NCBI RefSeq assembly: GCF_006345805.1
Contig: NC_043009.1
Location: 30,690,001 to 30,754,000 of the forward strand
Direction of reading: 5' to 3'
DNA: 64,000 nt
Origin: Octopus sinensis
Lineage: Eukaryota
Shown here: in pieces, positions 26,192-37,290 of the stretch
Position numbering within the stretch: position 1 is the first letter of the stretch
Layout: each line of letters opens with the position of its first letter
Notes under the pieces: model-generated
Told to the model about the DNA's origin: nothing
The model's database searches: none
The model's input: only the letters and a program-made list of their open reading frames with translations
Made by a program: the position numbers and the translations under genes

Positions 26192-27292
26192 ACTAGCATT
26201 AAAGACCCGTCGTTGCCGGGTCATAGTGCAAGTGCATGTATATATGTGTATAAAAAAAAAAGTGTACATATTACATGTACATCTATATATATACATCTAA
26301 ACATAAAATGCAAAATACAAAGTTATATCTTGATATCGCTAGTGATAACAATACTCAGAATATATAACAGACTGGAATTGTTAGCCCGTCTCTTGTAATT
26401 TCAATCAATTGTATCTTGTCCTCCCTTTTGTATAGAAGTGTGGCTACAATCCAGCCTACGTCTACTTCTGGGGTGGGGGGCATTTTTAATGTTTTTCCAG
26501 GACGTCCTACGTCCCAGATATAAAGGTAAAAATAAAATATTTCGACTTTGCAAGTTCGAGTCGAGTACTCCCTTGCACGATCCGTTGACTCGAACCTTGC
26601 TTCTGTCGTGGCGAATTTACCGACTCTGATTAGATATCTTTCATAGTCGCACCAAGACACTTTTCGAAGGTGCTTTCCTCCATGTGTTCAAATCTGTTTT
26701 CTCTACATTGTATACTTTATAGACAATAGTCTTTTCTTTAATTTAATTTTTTATTATCCATCTGGACTATTCCATTTCTGCACGCTAATTTTATTTTTAA
26801 GTTATTCCCATTCATGTGAAACCACTTATTCAAGTTCAAATCATTGATGCAATTTTATACCAATTGCTATTTTTACTTTTGTTATATTACGATTATATTA
26901 TACTTTAGTTTGATTTTAATTATTACTTACTACATATAATTCAATTGTTATTATTATTTTTATTATTAAAGTGAAAGCATCTGACATAAATTAGAGAAAT
27001 ATTTTTGTTTCACTTTTAACACGTAATATTGAAATAGTGGAGAAGATATGATATTGCTATGGGCTCGCTCTAGGCAAGAAGTTGAACATTTTTTTTTTGC
27101 CAATGAATGAAACTACATGGACCCTAAGTAAGGCATGTGTAAAATTTGAATGAAATTAGTTTTGTAGTTCTCAAGTTTTAGGGAATCGTATTGGAGAAGA
27201 TATGATATTGCTGTGGGCTCGCGCTAGGCAGAAAGTTAAAACATTTTTTTGCCGATGACACTCCCCGGACCCTAAGTAATATATATATATAT
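26192..27292 (-). mobile_element. Non-autonomous Helitron with canonical 3' terminus
   Basis: Minus-strand 3' end GACCCG-gcaacga-CGGGTC-tttaatg-CTAG-T (26192-26222); internal ~155 bp tandem duplication at 27036/27191; extent towards the 5' end is inferred. Confidence 0.6.
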
Positions 27293-28485
27293 AAAGTCGA
27301 TCATGGAATGATATGTCACAAACTGCGTGATCTTGACATAGAAAATTGGGAGAATGGCTTCATGACTTTCTGAAGGATAGAATTCAGGTGGTAGTAGCCA
27401 ATGGGGCCACCTCCATTAACACACAAATAGTGAGCGGTGTTCCGCAAGGCACTGTTTTGAGACCACTACTGTTCATAATGGCCCTCTCAGACATACCTTC
27501 AGCACACGCAGAGAGCCACGATCACAAGTTATGCAGATGATACAAAAGTTTCACAGGCAATACAAAACCCTGAAGACTCTATGCACCTGGACAAAATATA
27601 CAAGTGGGCTGAACAGAATAGCATGCAGTTCAATGCTGAAAGGTTTCAAGCTTTATGCTATCAGCATACAAAACTAAGTGTAATACCCAATAAATACACT
27701 GGACTTGGAGGGATTGCAATTCCAGAGGCACAATCAGTGCGAGTCCTGGTTATTTACATGAGTAATGATGCAACCTTTCATGTGCATGTTGGTAAATTGG
27801 CAGTGAAATGTAGGCGGCTGACCGGATGGATTCTTCGAACCTTTAGACCAAGAGACCAGGAAACCATGATGGTCCTATGGAGGACACTTGTTCTAAGCCA
27901 CTTTGACTATTGCTCTCAGCTATGGTCACCATCCAGTGTCAAGTTAATCACAGAACTTGAGGCGATCCAACGAAGCTACGCGAAGAATATAGCCTCTGTT
28001 CAGTATATAAGCTACTCCGAAAGACTCAAGAGATTAAGACTCTATTCCTTAGGGCGTAGGCGAGAAAGATATGCCATAATATACATCTGGAAGGACTTGT
28101 CCTAAGCTTTGGCATCGAGAGTTACACAAATACTAGAACTGGGCGCCACTGCATAGTGCCAAGGACTCCAAATTTGCTATCAAGATGTAGGACAAGATGC
28201 TGTGATAGCCTGGGCTTCAGAGGTCCATAGCTCTTCAATATCCTCCTGAGAGACCTGCATGGGGTGGATGCAAATGTATTTAAAATAAAACTGGTTCTCT
28301 TCCTGTCAGGTGTCCCAGATGAACCAACTTCGCGGCAGGAGGTGCAGATGAGAACAGCTGCATCGAACTCTCTCATGCACCAAACGGCAATTGCTAAAAT
28401 GTTTTCGTGAAGAAAAATCATGTAGCAACGCCGAATGGCAGTGCCCCAGCATGACCACGGCTCGTGAGCTGAAACTAGATAATAT
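27293..28485 (+). mobile_element. CR1-group LINE, 5'-truncated RT plus 3' UTR
   Basis: KVDHG..SGVPQGTVLRPLLF..YADDTK..IYKWAEQNSMQFN..SHFDYCSQLWSP..ERLKRLRLYSLGRRRERYAIIYIWK; frameshifts; tail GTGCCCCAGCATGACC..GCTGAAAC. Confidence 0.92.
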
Positions 28486-28547
28486 ATAAAAAATAAATAA
28501 ATAAATAAATATGTGTATATAAATATATGTGTATATATATGCGTATA

Positions 28548-28590
<43 letters not shown>

Positions 28591-28663
28591 TATATATATG
28601 TATATACATGTGTGTGTATATATATATATGTATATATATGTATATATATGTATATATGTATAT

Positions 28664-28736
<73 letters not shown>

Positions 28737-28804
28737 ATATAATATATATATATATACATACATATGTGTGTGTGTGCGCACGCGTGAGCATCAATTTATG
28801 TGTG

Positions 28805-29200
28805 TCCAATATACATGGTAAAGCATTGTCGTTATTCCAACGCCTTCGTCCAGTAGCTCAACAACCATCTGTAAGAAAATAAATCTGCTACTGTACTCAT
28901 GCCGTGTTATATTGAGGCAGCCATCTACGCTCCTGAATCTTTGGAGGAGAAGATGCCCAATTCTGGGCATCTCTGACCAGGACAAAGTAAGACACAAAGA
29001 GGTGATCAGAAGAGCAGGCATTTGAAGTTTTCAGAAGATGTTGACTGAGCGGTAAATGCAGCCATGGGCTTCGATTACTGCATGTAAAACATAACGGTGG
29101 AGTGTACATTGGCAGAGGAAAGAGATTGAGAAGAGCAAGTAAGATGCGGTGAAGTGTATTCTGGGACAACAAAATAGCAATCAGCATATTTGGATAAGGC
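28805..29200 (+). mobile_element. Old RTE (BovB-like) LINE C-terminal fragment
   Basis: ILGISDQDKVRHKEVIRRAGI*SFQKMLTER resembles RTE ILGISWQDKV.N.EVL.RAG; heavily degraded. Confidence 0.55.
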
Positions 29201-29273
29201 TTGCTGCCTGTTGCGCATCCAGCAATTGGGTATCTAAGAGCTAAGATATACAACTGTATATACATAGATGCAT

Positions 29274-29447
29274 TCATACATACATACATACATACGTACA
29301 TACATACATACATACATACATTCATACATACATACATACATACATACATACATACATACATACGTACGTACATACATACATACATACATACATACATACA
29401 TACATACATACATACATACATACATACATACATACATACATACATAG
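29274..29447. repeat. (TACA)n microsatellite
   Basis: Direct reading. Confidence 0.98.
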
Positions 29448-29764
29448 GTATGTAGACATTTGTATATGTACATATGTATGTATGTTTGTATGTATTTATA
29501 ATAACCTTTATATCTTCCTGAAGTTAGTTTATTTTAGAGCACCATTTTACTGCAATATTCGCTTGGATAAAATCACCTATGTGTATATATGTAAGTGTAT
29601 ATTAATGTATTTTACATACATATACCGTGCGTTCGGGCTAAATTTAACAATTGTTATGTCTACTGTTTTTAAGGAAGTTTGATGCATTGGTGAACAGCCA
29701 TTGTTGTTAGAAAGTATAAATATTAAAGCTGAGAAAAAGTTCTCTGACATGGAGGACAGAAAAT

Positions 29765-29990
29765 CATCAGAACATACTTTTCTACTCTGGGCACTAGGCC
29801 TGAAATTTTGGGGAAAGGGGTCAGTTGACTAGATCGACCCCGGTCCACAACTGGTACTTTATTTATCGACCACAAAAGGATAAAAGGCAAAGTCGATCTC
29901 AGCAGAATTTGAATTCAGAGCGTAAAGACAGACATAATATTGCTAAACATTTCGCCTGGCGTGCTAATGTTTCTGCCAGCACGCCGACCT
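29765..29990 (-). mobile_element. SINE family B (CCTTTCATCCTTTCGGGGTCGATAAA central domain)
   Basis: Diverged reverse complement of 52160-52390. Confidence 0.8.
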
Positions 29991-30019
29991 GAGCGAAATC
30001 ATCTGAATATTGCGAAAGA

Positions 30020-30735
30020 TTTAGCTGTGCCATGAATTGCACCTGGTTGTGTTATCAATATGCTGATATGATGACTACTGTTCAGTGCTCTGTAAACACT
30101 GTAAAGGCTTTAAGATGTGATATGGACAGCTGCAATGGAGACTACAAAGCCATGGCTAGAATGAGGAGCACAGTAGGAGTTCAACCCGCGTCCGTTCGCC
30201 AGAATTTATCCTCACATCTCTGAACAGTGCATTAGACTCAATTCATACAGCTAAGTCCAGTTGCTGGAGATTCGTCAATCAGTGGCTTGTGAGGATTGCA
30301 GCTGGAAGGTTAACTGTGTGACAGTAGCATTTGGCTCCTTGTCATACCTCTGGAAGTAGTCACAACGATAATCGGACAATTTCTAGTTCACTAGCCCCAT
30401 TTACTCACTTCCAAATTTCCCTGACTCTAATCTCAAGGATTATTATGTGTGAGAAGTCAACCACTCTGCCTGCATCATCAAGACCGAGCTGGTGGCGAGG
30501 ACCAAAAAGTTGTTGGAAAATTTCCCCGGGAAAACAATGCAGAACACGTGCACCAGGTTCAGGAACCGTCTTCAGTCCACAATGGAATACAAGGGCGGCT
30601 ATTTTGAGTAAATTGTTAACTCCCAACCATAATCTGTATATGTTTTGACTTTTAAAAATATTTTATTTCGGTATCTATACTCTGTTTCTTTTCCTTTTAT
30701 GCTGTCAAATTTATCCCAAACACACTCTGTGCACA
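30020..30735 (+). mobile_element. Tc1/mariner (DD37D/maT-like) transposon relic
   Basis: LAPCHTSG..FTSP..PNFPDSNLKDYYV*..ELVARTKK..CTRFRNRLQSTMEYKGGYFE*; large internal deletion; TIR-like end CAAATTTATCCCAAACAC. Confidence 0.75.
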
Positions 30736-31059
30736 CATATAACAACTATTTCTACACAAGATATCATACATTAGACAACCTAATTTCAAACTGATGCACT
30801 TAACGTATAATTTGCTGTAAAAATTTAAACATGTGTAAATACATTCTGAATTTCTTTTCACAGACAGACATTTGAATAAGTTAAGCTACTTTTTTTTGTT
30901 ATTTCTTCCTGAGCAGAATAATGAGGCTGAGTGTTACTGAACCGGGAAAATCTACCAGCAATTGCACCCTTACGTTTTTTATGCAGAAAGAATGACAAAA
31001 ATGAACTTAAAATCTTTAGGGTAACAGCCTCATTTATATATAGAGAGAAAGAGAATGCA

Positions 31060-31331
31060 GGAGAGAGAAACAGAAGATTAAGGGATTCTCAAACGTAGGA
31101 TAGCTGTGGGAATAGATTAGAAGAATGAATAAATACACTTAGAAGATCCAGAGGGAAATTTAGAAGGCCCTTGACTTGCTTACAGAAAACAACTTCCAGG
31201 CTGAATTCCAAAATTGGCAAGAACGCAAAGACTGGTTTATAGTCACTCTTTTGAAGGGGATGATGTTAAAACTTAGGTAAGTAGGTTTTTTCTATTAAAC
31301 ATAATTAGTCAGGGAGCCTTTTGATACCATC

Positions 31332-31335
<4 letters not shown>
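31060..31335 (+). mobile_element. mariner (DD34D-like) transposase C-terminus plus right TIR relic
   Basis: LTENNFQAEFQNWQER..FEGDDVKT*; TIR-like TCAGGGAGCCTTTTGATACCATCGTGTA. Confidence 0.55.
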
Positions 31336-31372
<37 letters not shown>

Positions 31373-31989
31373 TAGACACACACATATACGCACAAGAGTT
31401 CAGGAATGGAGTAGATAAGATCTGGTCTACATATGCTTAATAGCAAGCAAAACCTCAAAAGTGATAAATATCCAAGCGAGGTGTTATACCCCAGGTCACT
31501 CTTGAGGCAAAGGATATCTTGATTAAATGAAAGTTTATATTGTCACAAGAAGATACATGCTAACACATAGAAGGCCTGAAGATTAGCCTGTGATATACGC
31601 TTCGCTTGGATATGTACCACTTCCGATGTACTGCTCGCTATGAAACCTATGTATCCCGGATTTTATCTACTACTTTCCTTAACTCTTATATTGTTATTCG
31701 CATACCCAATAATCCTGGTTGTCTACTGGGAAATATAAAAAGAGCTTTTTCCAATTTTATGAACTGCCATAAGAAAAAATCCACAATTTTCCGTTTCAAT
31801 AAACTCCTATTGTCACTGAAAGTTGTTTTTTATATTTACTATCGATTGCTTGATGCTAACTTACTTCCTACACCTCAATCCCTGGATCTTTATACATGCA
31901 TACATATATATATATATATACACACACATACACACACATATATACACATATATATATACATATACATACATATATATACATATATATAT

Positions 31990-32534
31990 TCTTGCTTCAG
32001 TTTTGAATACGGCCATGCTGGACCACCGCCTTTAGTCAAATTGACTCCAGGACTTATTCTTTGTAAGCCTAGTACTCATACTATTAGTGTCCTTCGCCGA
32101 ACTGCTAAGTTACAGGGACGTAAACACACCAACATCGGTTGTCAAGTGATGATGGAGGCAAAAATACAGACATACAAACATATATATATATATAATATAT
32201 ATATATATATTATATATATATATATATATACAAGGGTAGGAAATGTAGAGGAATTTTCATACTGGTGGCCAGCATGCGTAATAAAGTCAATAGATGACAT
32301 ATTTTCATATAAAATAGTCTACAAACAATTTACGTATTTATACACGATGGGCTTCTTTCAGTTTCCGTCTACTAAATCCCATCACAAGGCTTTGATCAGC
32401 GCGAGGCTATAGTAGAAGACACTTACCTAAAGTGCCACGCAGTGGGACTGAACCTGGAATCATGTGGTTGGGAAGCAAGCTACTTACCACACAGCCACTC
32501 CTGCTCCAATACTTGTCATACAGCCACTCCTGCG

Positions 32535-32535
<1 letters not shown>
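31990..32535 (-). mobile_element. SINE family A with a ~110 bp insert in the central microsatellite
   Basis: Tail 31990-32160 and head 32345-32535 match 16318-16722; insert at ~32230-32340. Confidence 0.85.
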
Positions 32536-32585
<50 letters not shown>

Positions 32586-32587
<2 letters not shown>

Positions 32588-34734
32588 ACAAGTAGACAGA
32601 TACTTTATTGTATGTAAGTGTGTATGTGTGTGTACGCGTGTGTACACATGCGTCCGAGGAGTGCGTATCAGTCTAAGAGAAAAAGGGAGCGTGAAAGATT
32701 GTATATAATGTATCGGTGTGTACATAGGAATCACACTGTATATAATTGAATAAATCAATCTACTCTATGACGTCTTAAATGACTTTGATGAAGAAATTAA
32801 CTTCAAATTAGGCAACAAAATATTCAGTTTGTTTTCAGTTTATTAAGTTTATTTGAAAAAATATTCAAAAAGAAAAACCATTATGCATTATTATTATTAT
32901 TATTATTATTATAATTTTTGTTTAATTTGTTTTTTTTATTATTATAATTTTTAATTTCAGAGAATGTCACATTATCGTCTTGAATTTTTATTTGTACACC
33001 TGCTTAATAATTTGGCCAGCTGCTATTCATTGCGCTCTATGTGTTCTAAATGGAAAGAGACCAGTTAAGGTGTGAGGGAGAAAAAGTAATTTGCAATTCT
33101 GATGTTTGGAATATGATTATTTAGTTCAGAAAGCACTGCAAAACCTAAAATATGGTTAGCTAATTCTTTGTTAATTTTCTGTCAATATTTCCTTTCTCTT
33201 TCGCTTTTCTGTATTATTCGTCCCGTTTACTTTATTTTCTTCTTTTTTTTTTTCTTTTGCTTCTCTATTGCGTTCGCAGTGTTCTTTCTTCATATTATTC
33301 ACTAAATTTCTTCTTTCGCTCTGTTTTCTTTCATTGTAGATTTTGCTCTTACCTTTTTCTGCTACGCGTTTTTTTTTTTTTTTTTTTTTAGCTTTTTCTT
33401 CCCTTTTTAAAAACATTAACAATAAATTGTTATTTTCGCTTTTACACTTACATTTTTTTATATTTGAATTTATTCTGGGAACTGTTTTTGTGTGTTTAAC
33501 ATTGATGTTGCTTTGGAAAACTTTACAAATTTGGAGATCAACATGTGTTGCTATGAACAAGAATAGCAGTAATTTTCACTCTAGCTTATACTCAAACATT
33601 GAAAATTCTATTCCATAACAATAAAATCAATCTTACACTGTTTCCCTTTTCCAGGTTCACACACACACACACACACACCACACACACACACAAACAAGTA
33701 GACAGATACTTTATTGTATGTAAGTGTGTATGTGTGTGTACGCGTGTGTACACATGCGTCCGAGGAGTGCGTATCAGTCTAAGAGAAAAAGGGAGCGTGA
33801 AAGATTGTATATAATGTATCGGTGTGTACATAGGAATCACACTGTATATAATTGAATAAATCAATCTACTCTATGACGTCTTAAATGACTTTGATGAAGA
33901 AATTAACTTCAAATTAGGCAACAAAATATTCAGTTTGTTTTCAGTTTATTAAGTTTATTTGAAAAAATATTCAAAAAGAAAAACCATTATGCATATTATT
34001 ATTATTATTATTATAATTTTTGTTTAATTTGTTTTTTTTATTATTATAATTTTTAATTTCAGAGAATGTCACATTATCGTCTTGAATTTTTATTTGTACA
34101 CCTGCTTAATAATTTGGCCAGCTGCTATTCATTGCGCTCTATGTGTTCTAAATGGAAAGAGACCAGTTAAGGTGTGAGGGAGAAAAAGTAATTTGCAATT
34201 CTGATGTTTGGAATATGATTATTTAGTTCAGAAAGCACTGCAAAACCTAAAATATGGTTAGCTAATTCTTTGTTAATTTTCTGTCAATATTTCCTTTCTC
34301 TTTCGCTTTTCTGTATTATTCGTCCCGTTTACTTTATTTTCTTCTTTTTTTTTTCTTTTTCTTCTCTATTGCATTCGCAGTGTTCTTTCTTCATATTATT
34401 CACTAAATTTCTTCTTTCGCTCTGTTTTCTTTCATTGTAGATTTTGCTCTTACCTTTTTTCTGCTACGCGTTTTTCTTCCCTTTTTAAAAACATTAACAA
34501 TAAATTGTTATTTTCGCTTTTACACTTACATTTTTTTATATTTGAATTTATTCTGGGAACTGTTTTTGTGTGTTTAAACATTGATGTTGCTTTGGAAAAC
34601 TTTACAAATTTGGAGATCAACATGTGTTGCTATGAACAAGAATAGCAGTAATTTTCACTCTAGCTTATACTCAAACATTGAAAATTCTATTCCATAACAA
34701 TAAAATCAATCTTACACTGTTTCCCTTTTCCAGG
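32586..34734. repeat. ~1.08-1.1 kb near-identical tandem duplication bounded by (CA)n tracts
   Basis: Copy 1 32586-33655, copy 2 33692-34734; both start AAACAAGTAGACAGATAC and end TTTCCCTTTTCCAGGTTCAC; differ by a few SNPs and homopolymer/microsatellite indels. Confidence 0.95.
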
Positions 34735-34769
<35 letters not shown>

Positions 34770-34894
34770 ACATGCGCATATAAATGTTTATGCCTGGGAG
34801 ACACAGGACATGACAGCCATAATTAGTGACAAAGGCCACTGGAGAGAACTCGTCCATGTATCTTGGGAATTTTACCCACCCTAGATATATGAAA

Positions 34895-35135
34895 AGAGCA
34901 CTCCATCGATTATGACAATAAGGGTCCCAGCTGATACAATCAATGGAAAAGCTTGCTCGTGAAATTAACGTGCAAATGGCTGAGTAGTTCTCAGGGAGAT
35001 TCAGTGTGATACAGAGTATGACAAGGCTGGTCCTTTGAAATACAGGTACAACTCATTTTTGCCGGCTGAGTTGAATGGAGCAACATGAAATTAAGTGTCT
35101 TACAATCCTGAGTCGAATGCCCTAACCACTTAGCC
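34895..35135 (-). mobile_element. SINE family C, internally deleted
   Basis: Reverse complement of 12299-12610 segments. Confidence 0.8.
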
Positions 35136-35289
35136 TTGCGCTTTCACTATATACATACATATATATGTGTGTGTCCATATATATATATATATATATATGC
35201 ATATATATATACATATACATATGCATATATATATATTATACATATACATATGCATATATATATATATATATATGCATATATATATATCA

Positions 35290-35570
35290 CCATGATCACC
35301 ATGACCGACCAGTCTATCAGATGTTACTACACATCGCTGGTCACAACGCGCTTCGCATTGTTTTTTAGCCTTCACACGAAGCCACCCCGCTGGCTAAGCG
35401 AACTGGCCAACAAAAGAAAGAGTGAGAGAAAGTTGTGGCGAAAGAGTACAGCAGGGATCACCACCACCCCCTGCCGGAGATGTAGGTGTTTTCGCTCCAC
35501 AAACACCCACAACGCCCGGTCTGGGAATCGAAACCGCGATCCTAACAACTGGGCCATTGCGCCTCCACGC
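35290..35570 (-). mobile_element. SINE family R (tRNA-Arg-like head) with 3' tail
   Basis: Minus: GGAGGCGCAATGGCCCAGT..GGTTTCGATTCCCAGACCGGGCG, matching the 9182 head. Confidence 0.82.
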
Positions 35571-35572
35571 AT

Positions 35573-35641
<69 letters not shown>

Positions 35642-35921
35642 AATAAATTAGAGACAAAACCACTATTATGCAAATCAAACAAAGAAAGACTTAAGCCAAT
35701 ACATAAAATAATTTATATAAATTAAAATTTAACAAATGAATAACCACTACGATCGTTTCGTGTCAGCACATCTTAGACATTCTTCAGGTGGTTTCTAAAC
35801 CTTCTTAGTGAGTTATAAACTATTCCTTTGTTAAATTTTAATTTATGTAAATTATTTTATGTATTGGCTTAAGTCTTTCTTTGTTTGATTTGCATAATAG
35901 TGGATTTGTCTCTAATTTATT
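35642..35921. repeat. Inverted repeat with 101 bp arms and a 78 bp loop (inverted PLE pseudo-LTR-type)
   Basis: Arms 35642-35742 and 35821-35921, about 3 mismatches. Confidence 0.93.
35742..35793 (-). ncRNA. Type I minimal hammerhead ribozyme motif
   Basis: Minus: AACCAC CTGAAGA ATGTC taagatgtgct GACAC GAAAC GATC GTA GTGGTT: perfect 6 bp stem I, intact cores, palindromic stem III ACGATCGT, GUA site; 10.1 is A instead of G. Confidence 0.75.
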
Positions 35922-36007
35922 ATAATATAATATTTTACTAAAAAATTGGATCCAATTTAATTGATTTTTTCCTTGTAAATTTGGATTTATTCCCTAATAT
36001 TTATTAT

Positions 36008-36045
<38 letters not shown>

Positions 36046-36071
36046 TATATTTGTATATACATTTAAAATAA

Positions 36072-36260
36072 TATGTTACATTTACTCAATAGTCACGATA
36101 AAACTCTGAGTTTCAGATGCCGAAGTGGAAATCCACAACGCCATCTCTTCGGTTATCTGGCCATCTGAAAAACGCTATGAGTAAATGTAACAAATTTTTT
36201 TATAGATAAATTTCCTCTATTTACATAATTTTGAGGTCTCTTTCTTTCTTTTGTTATCTT
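36072..36260 (-). mobile_element. PLE pseudo-LTR-type remnant, same family as 15769-15959, with a hammerhead motif at 36097-36157
   Basis: Minus: GATAA CCGAAGA GATGGCG..CGGCATCT GAAAC TCAGA GTT TTATC; flanked by ~19 bp inverted arms TGTTACATTTACTCA(A)TAG. Confidence 0.65.
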
Positions 36261-36270
36261 ACCGTTTTTA

Positions 36271-36312
<42 letters not shown>

Positions 36313-36499
36313 TATATATATATATATATATATATTGCATATATATATGCATATATATATATATAGATATATATATATATATGCATAAATATATATATGC
36401 ATATATATATATGCATATATATTCTTATGTGTATATACATGTGCATGCGTACATCAGGGTATCAATCAGACTACCAGATGTTGTTATACATCATTAGTC

Positions 36500-36670
36500 A
36501 CAATGCAAAGCACATTGTTTTAGGGTTAGAGTTAGCCATCTCTGGTGGGTGAACTGGAGCAACCTGAAACGAAGTGCTTTGCTCAAGAGTTCAACGTGCC
36601 ACCCAGTGCGGAAATCGAACCCATGATGTAGTGATCGTGAGTGAAATAACCTAACAACTAGGCCACGGTC
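36500..36670 (-). mobile_element. SINE family C-related head and core
   Basis: Minus: TGGCCTAGTTG..GGGTTCGATTTCC..GAGCAAAGCACTTCG..GCTCCAGTTCACCCAC. Confidence 0.65.
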
Positions 36671-36691
36671 CTTCACACACACACACACACA

Positions 36692-36726
<35 letters not shown>

Positions 36727-36747
36727 ATATATATATATACATACACA

Positions 36748-36975
36748 TGGCGATGAGCTGGCAGAATCATTAGCATGCCAGGCGAAATACTTAGCAGTAT
36801 TTCGTCTGCCGTTACATTCTGAGTTCAAATTCTGCCAAGGTCGACTTTGCCTTTCATCCTTTCGGGGTCGATTAAATAAGTACCAGTTACGTACTGAGAT
36901 CAATGTAACCGACTTAATCTCTTTGTCTGTCCTTGTTTGTCCTCTCTGTTTTTAGCCCCCTGTGGGCAATAAATA
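36748..36975 (+). mobile_element. SINE family B, near full length
   Basis: GGCGATGAGCTGGCAGAATC..TCTGAGTTCAAATTC..GACTTTGCCTTTCATCCTTTCGGGGTCG. Confidence 0.88.
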
Positions 36976-37094
36976 CACACACACGCACACACACACATAT
37001 ACATACATGTGTATGTGTATATATATATATATATAATATAAGCACACACACACATACACACACACATACACACACACACCACATGCACACACAC

Positions 37095-37290
37095 AGTTGA
37101 AATTTATAGAAAAACAAAAGACAAAAACGGATGTCTGAATAACAAGCAAGTGTAATTGTTTCACACTCGGGAAAAATGAAAAAGTCCTTTACATTTCAGG
37201 CCTATGCTCTTCAACAGAAAGAAATAAGAAGAAATAAACAAAGAGAGAATAAGTAAAGGTGTTGAGTTTACCAGTCTAACATAATGTGTG
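37095..37290 (-). mobile_element. PLE pseudo-LTR-like repeat with a degenerate hammerhead-like motif
   Basis: Homologous to 47520-47690; minus TTT CTGTTGA A GAGC ATAG GCCT GAAAT GTA AAGGAC. Confidence 0.5.

Noticed and set aside
31606-32412. 268 aa ORF
   Set aside because: Runs through microsatellites and an antisense SINE; no domain
33625-33660. Strong splice-acceptor-like CTTACACTGTTTCCCTTTTCCAG|GTTCAC (also 34705-34740); possible exon or recursive splice site
   Set aside because: Followed immediately by (CA)n with no open exon or good donor; GTTCAC is a poor 5' splice site
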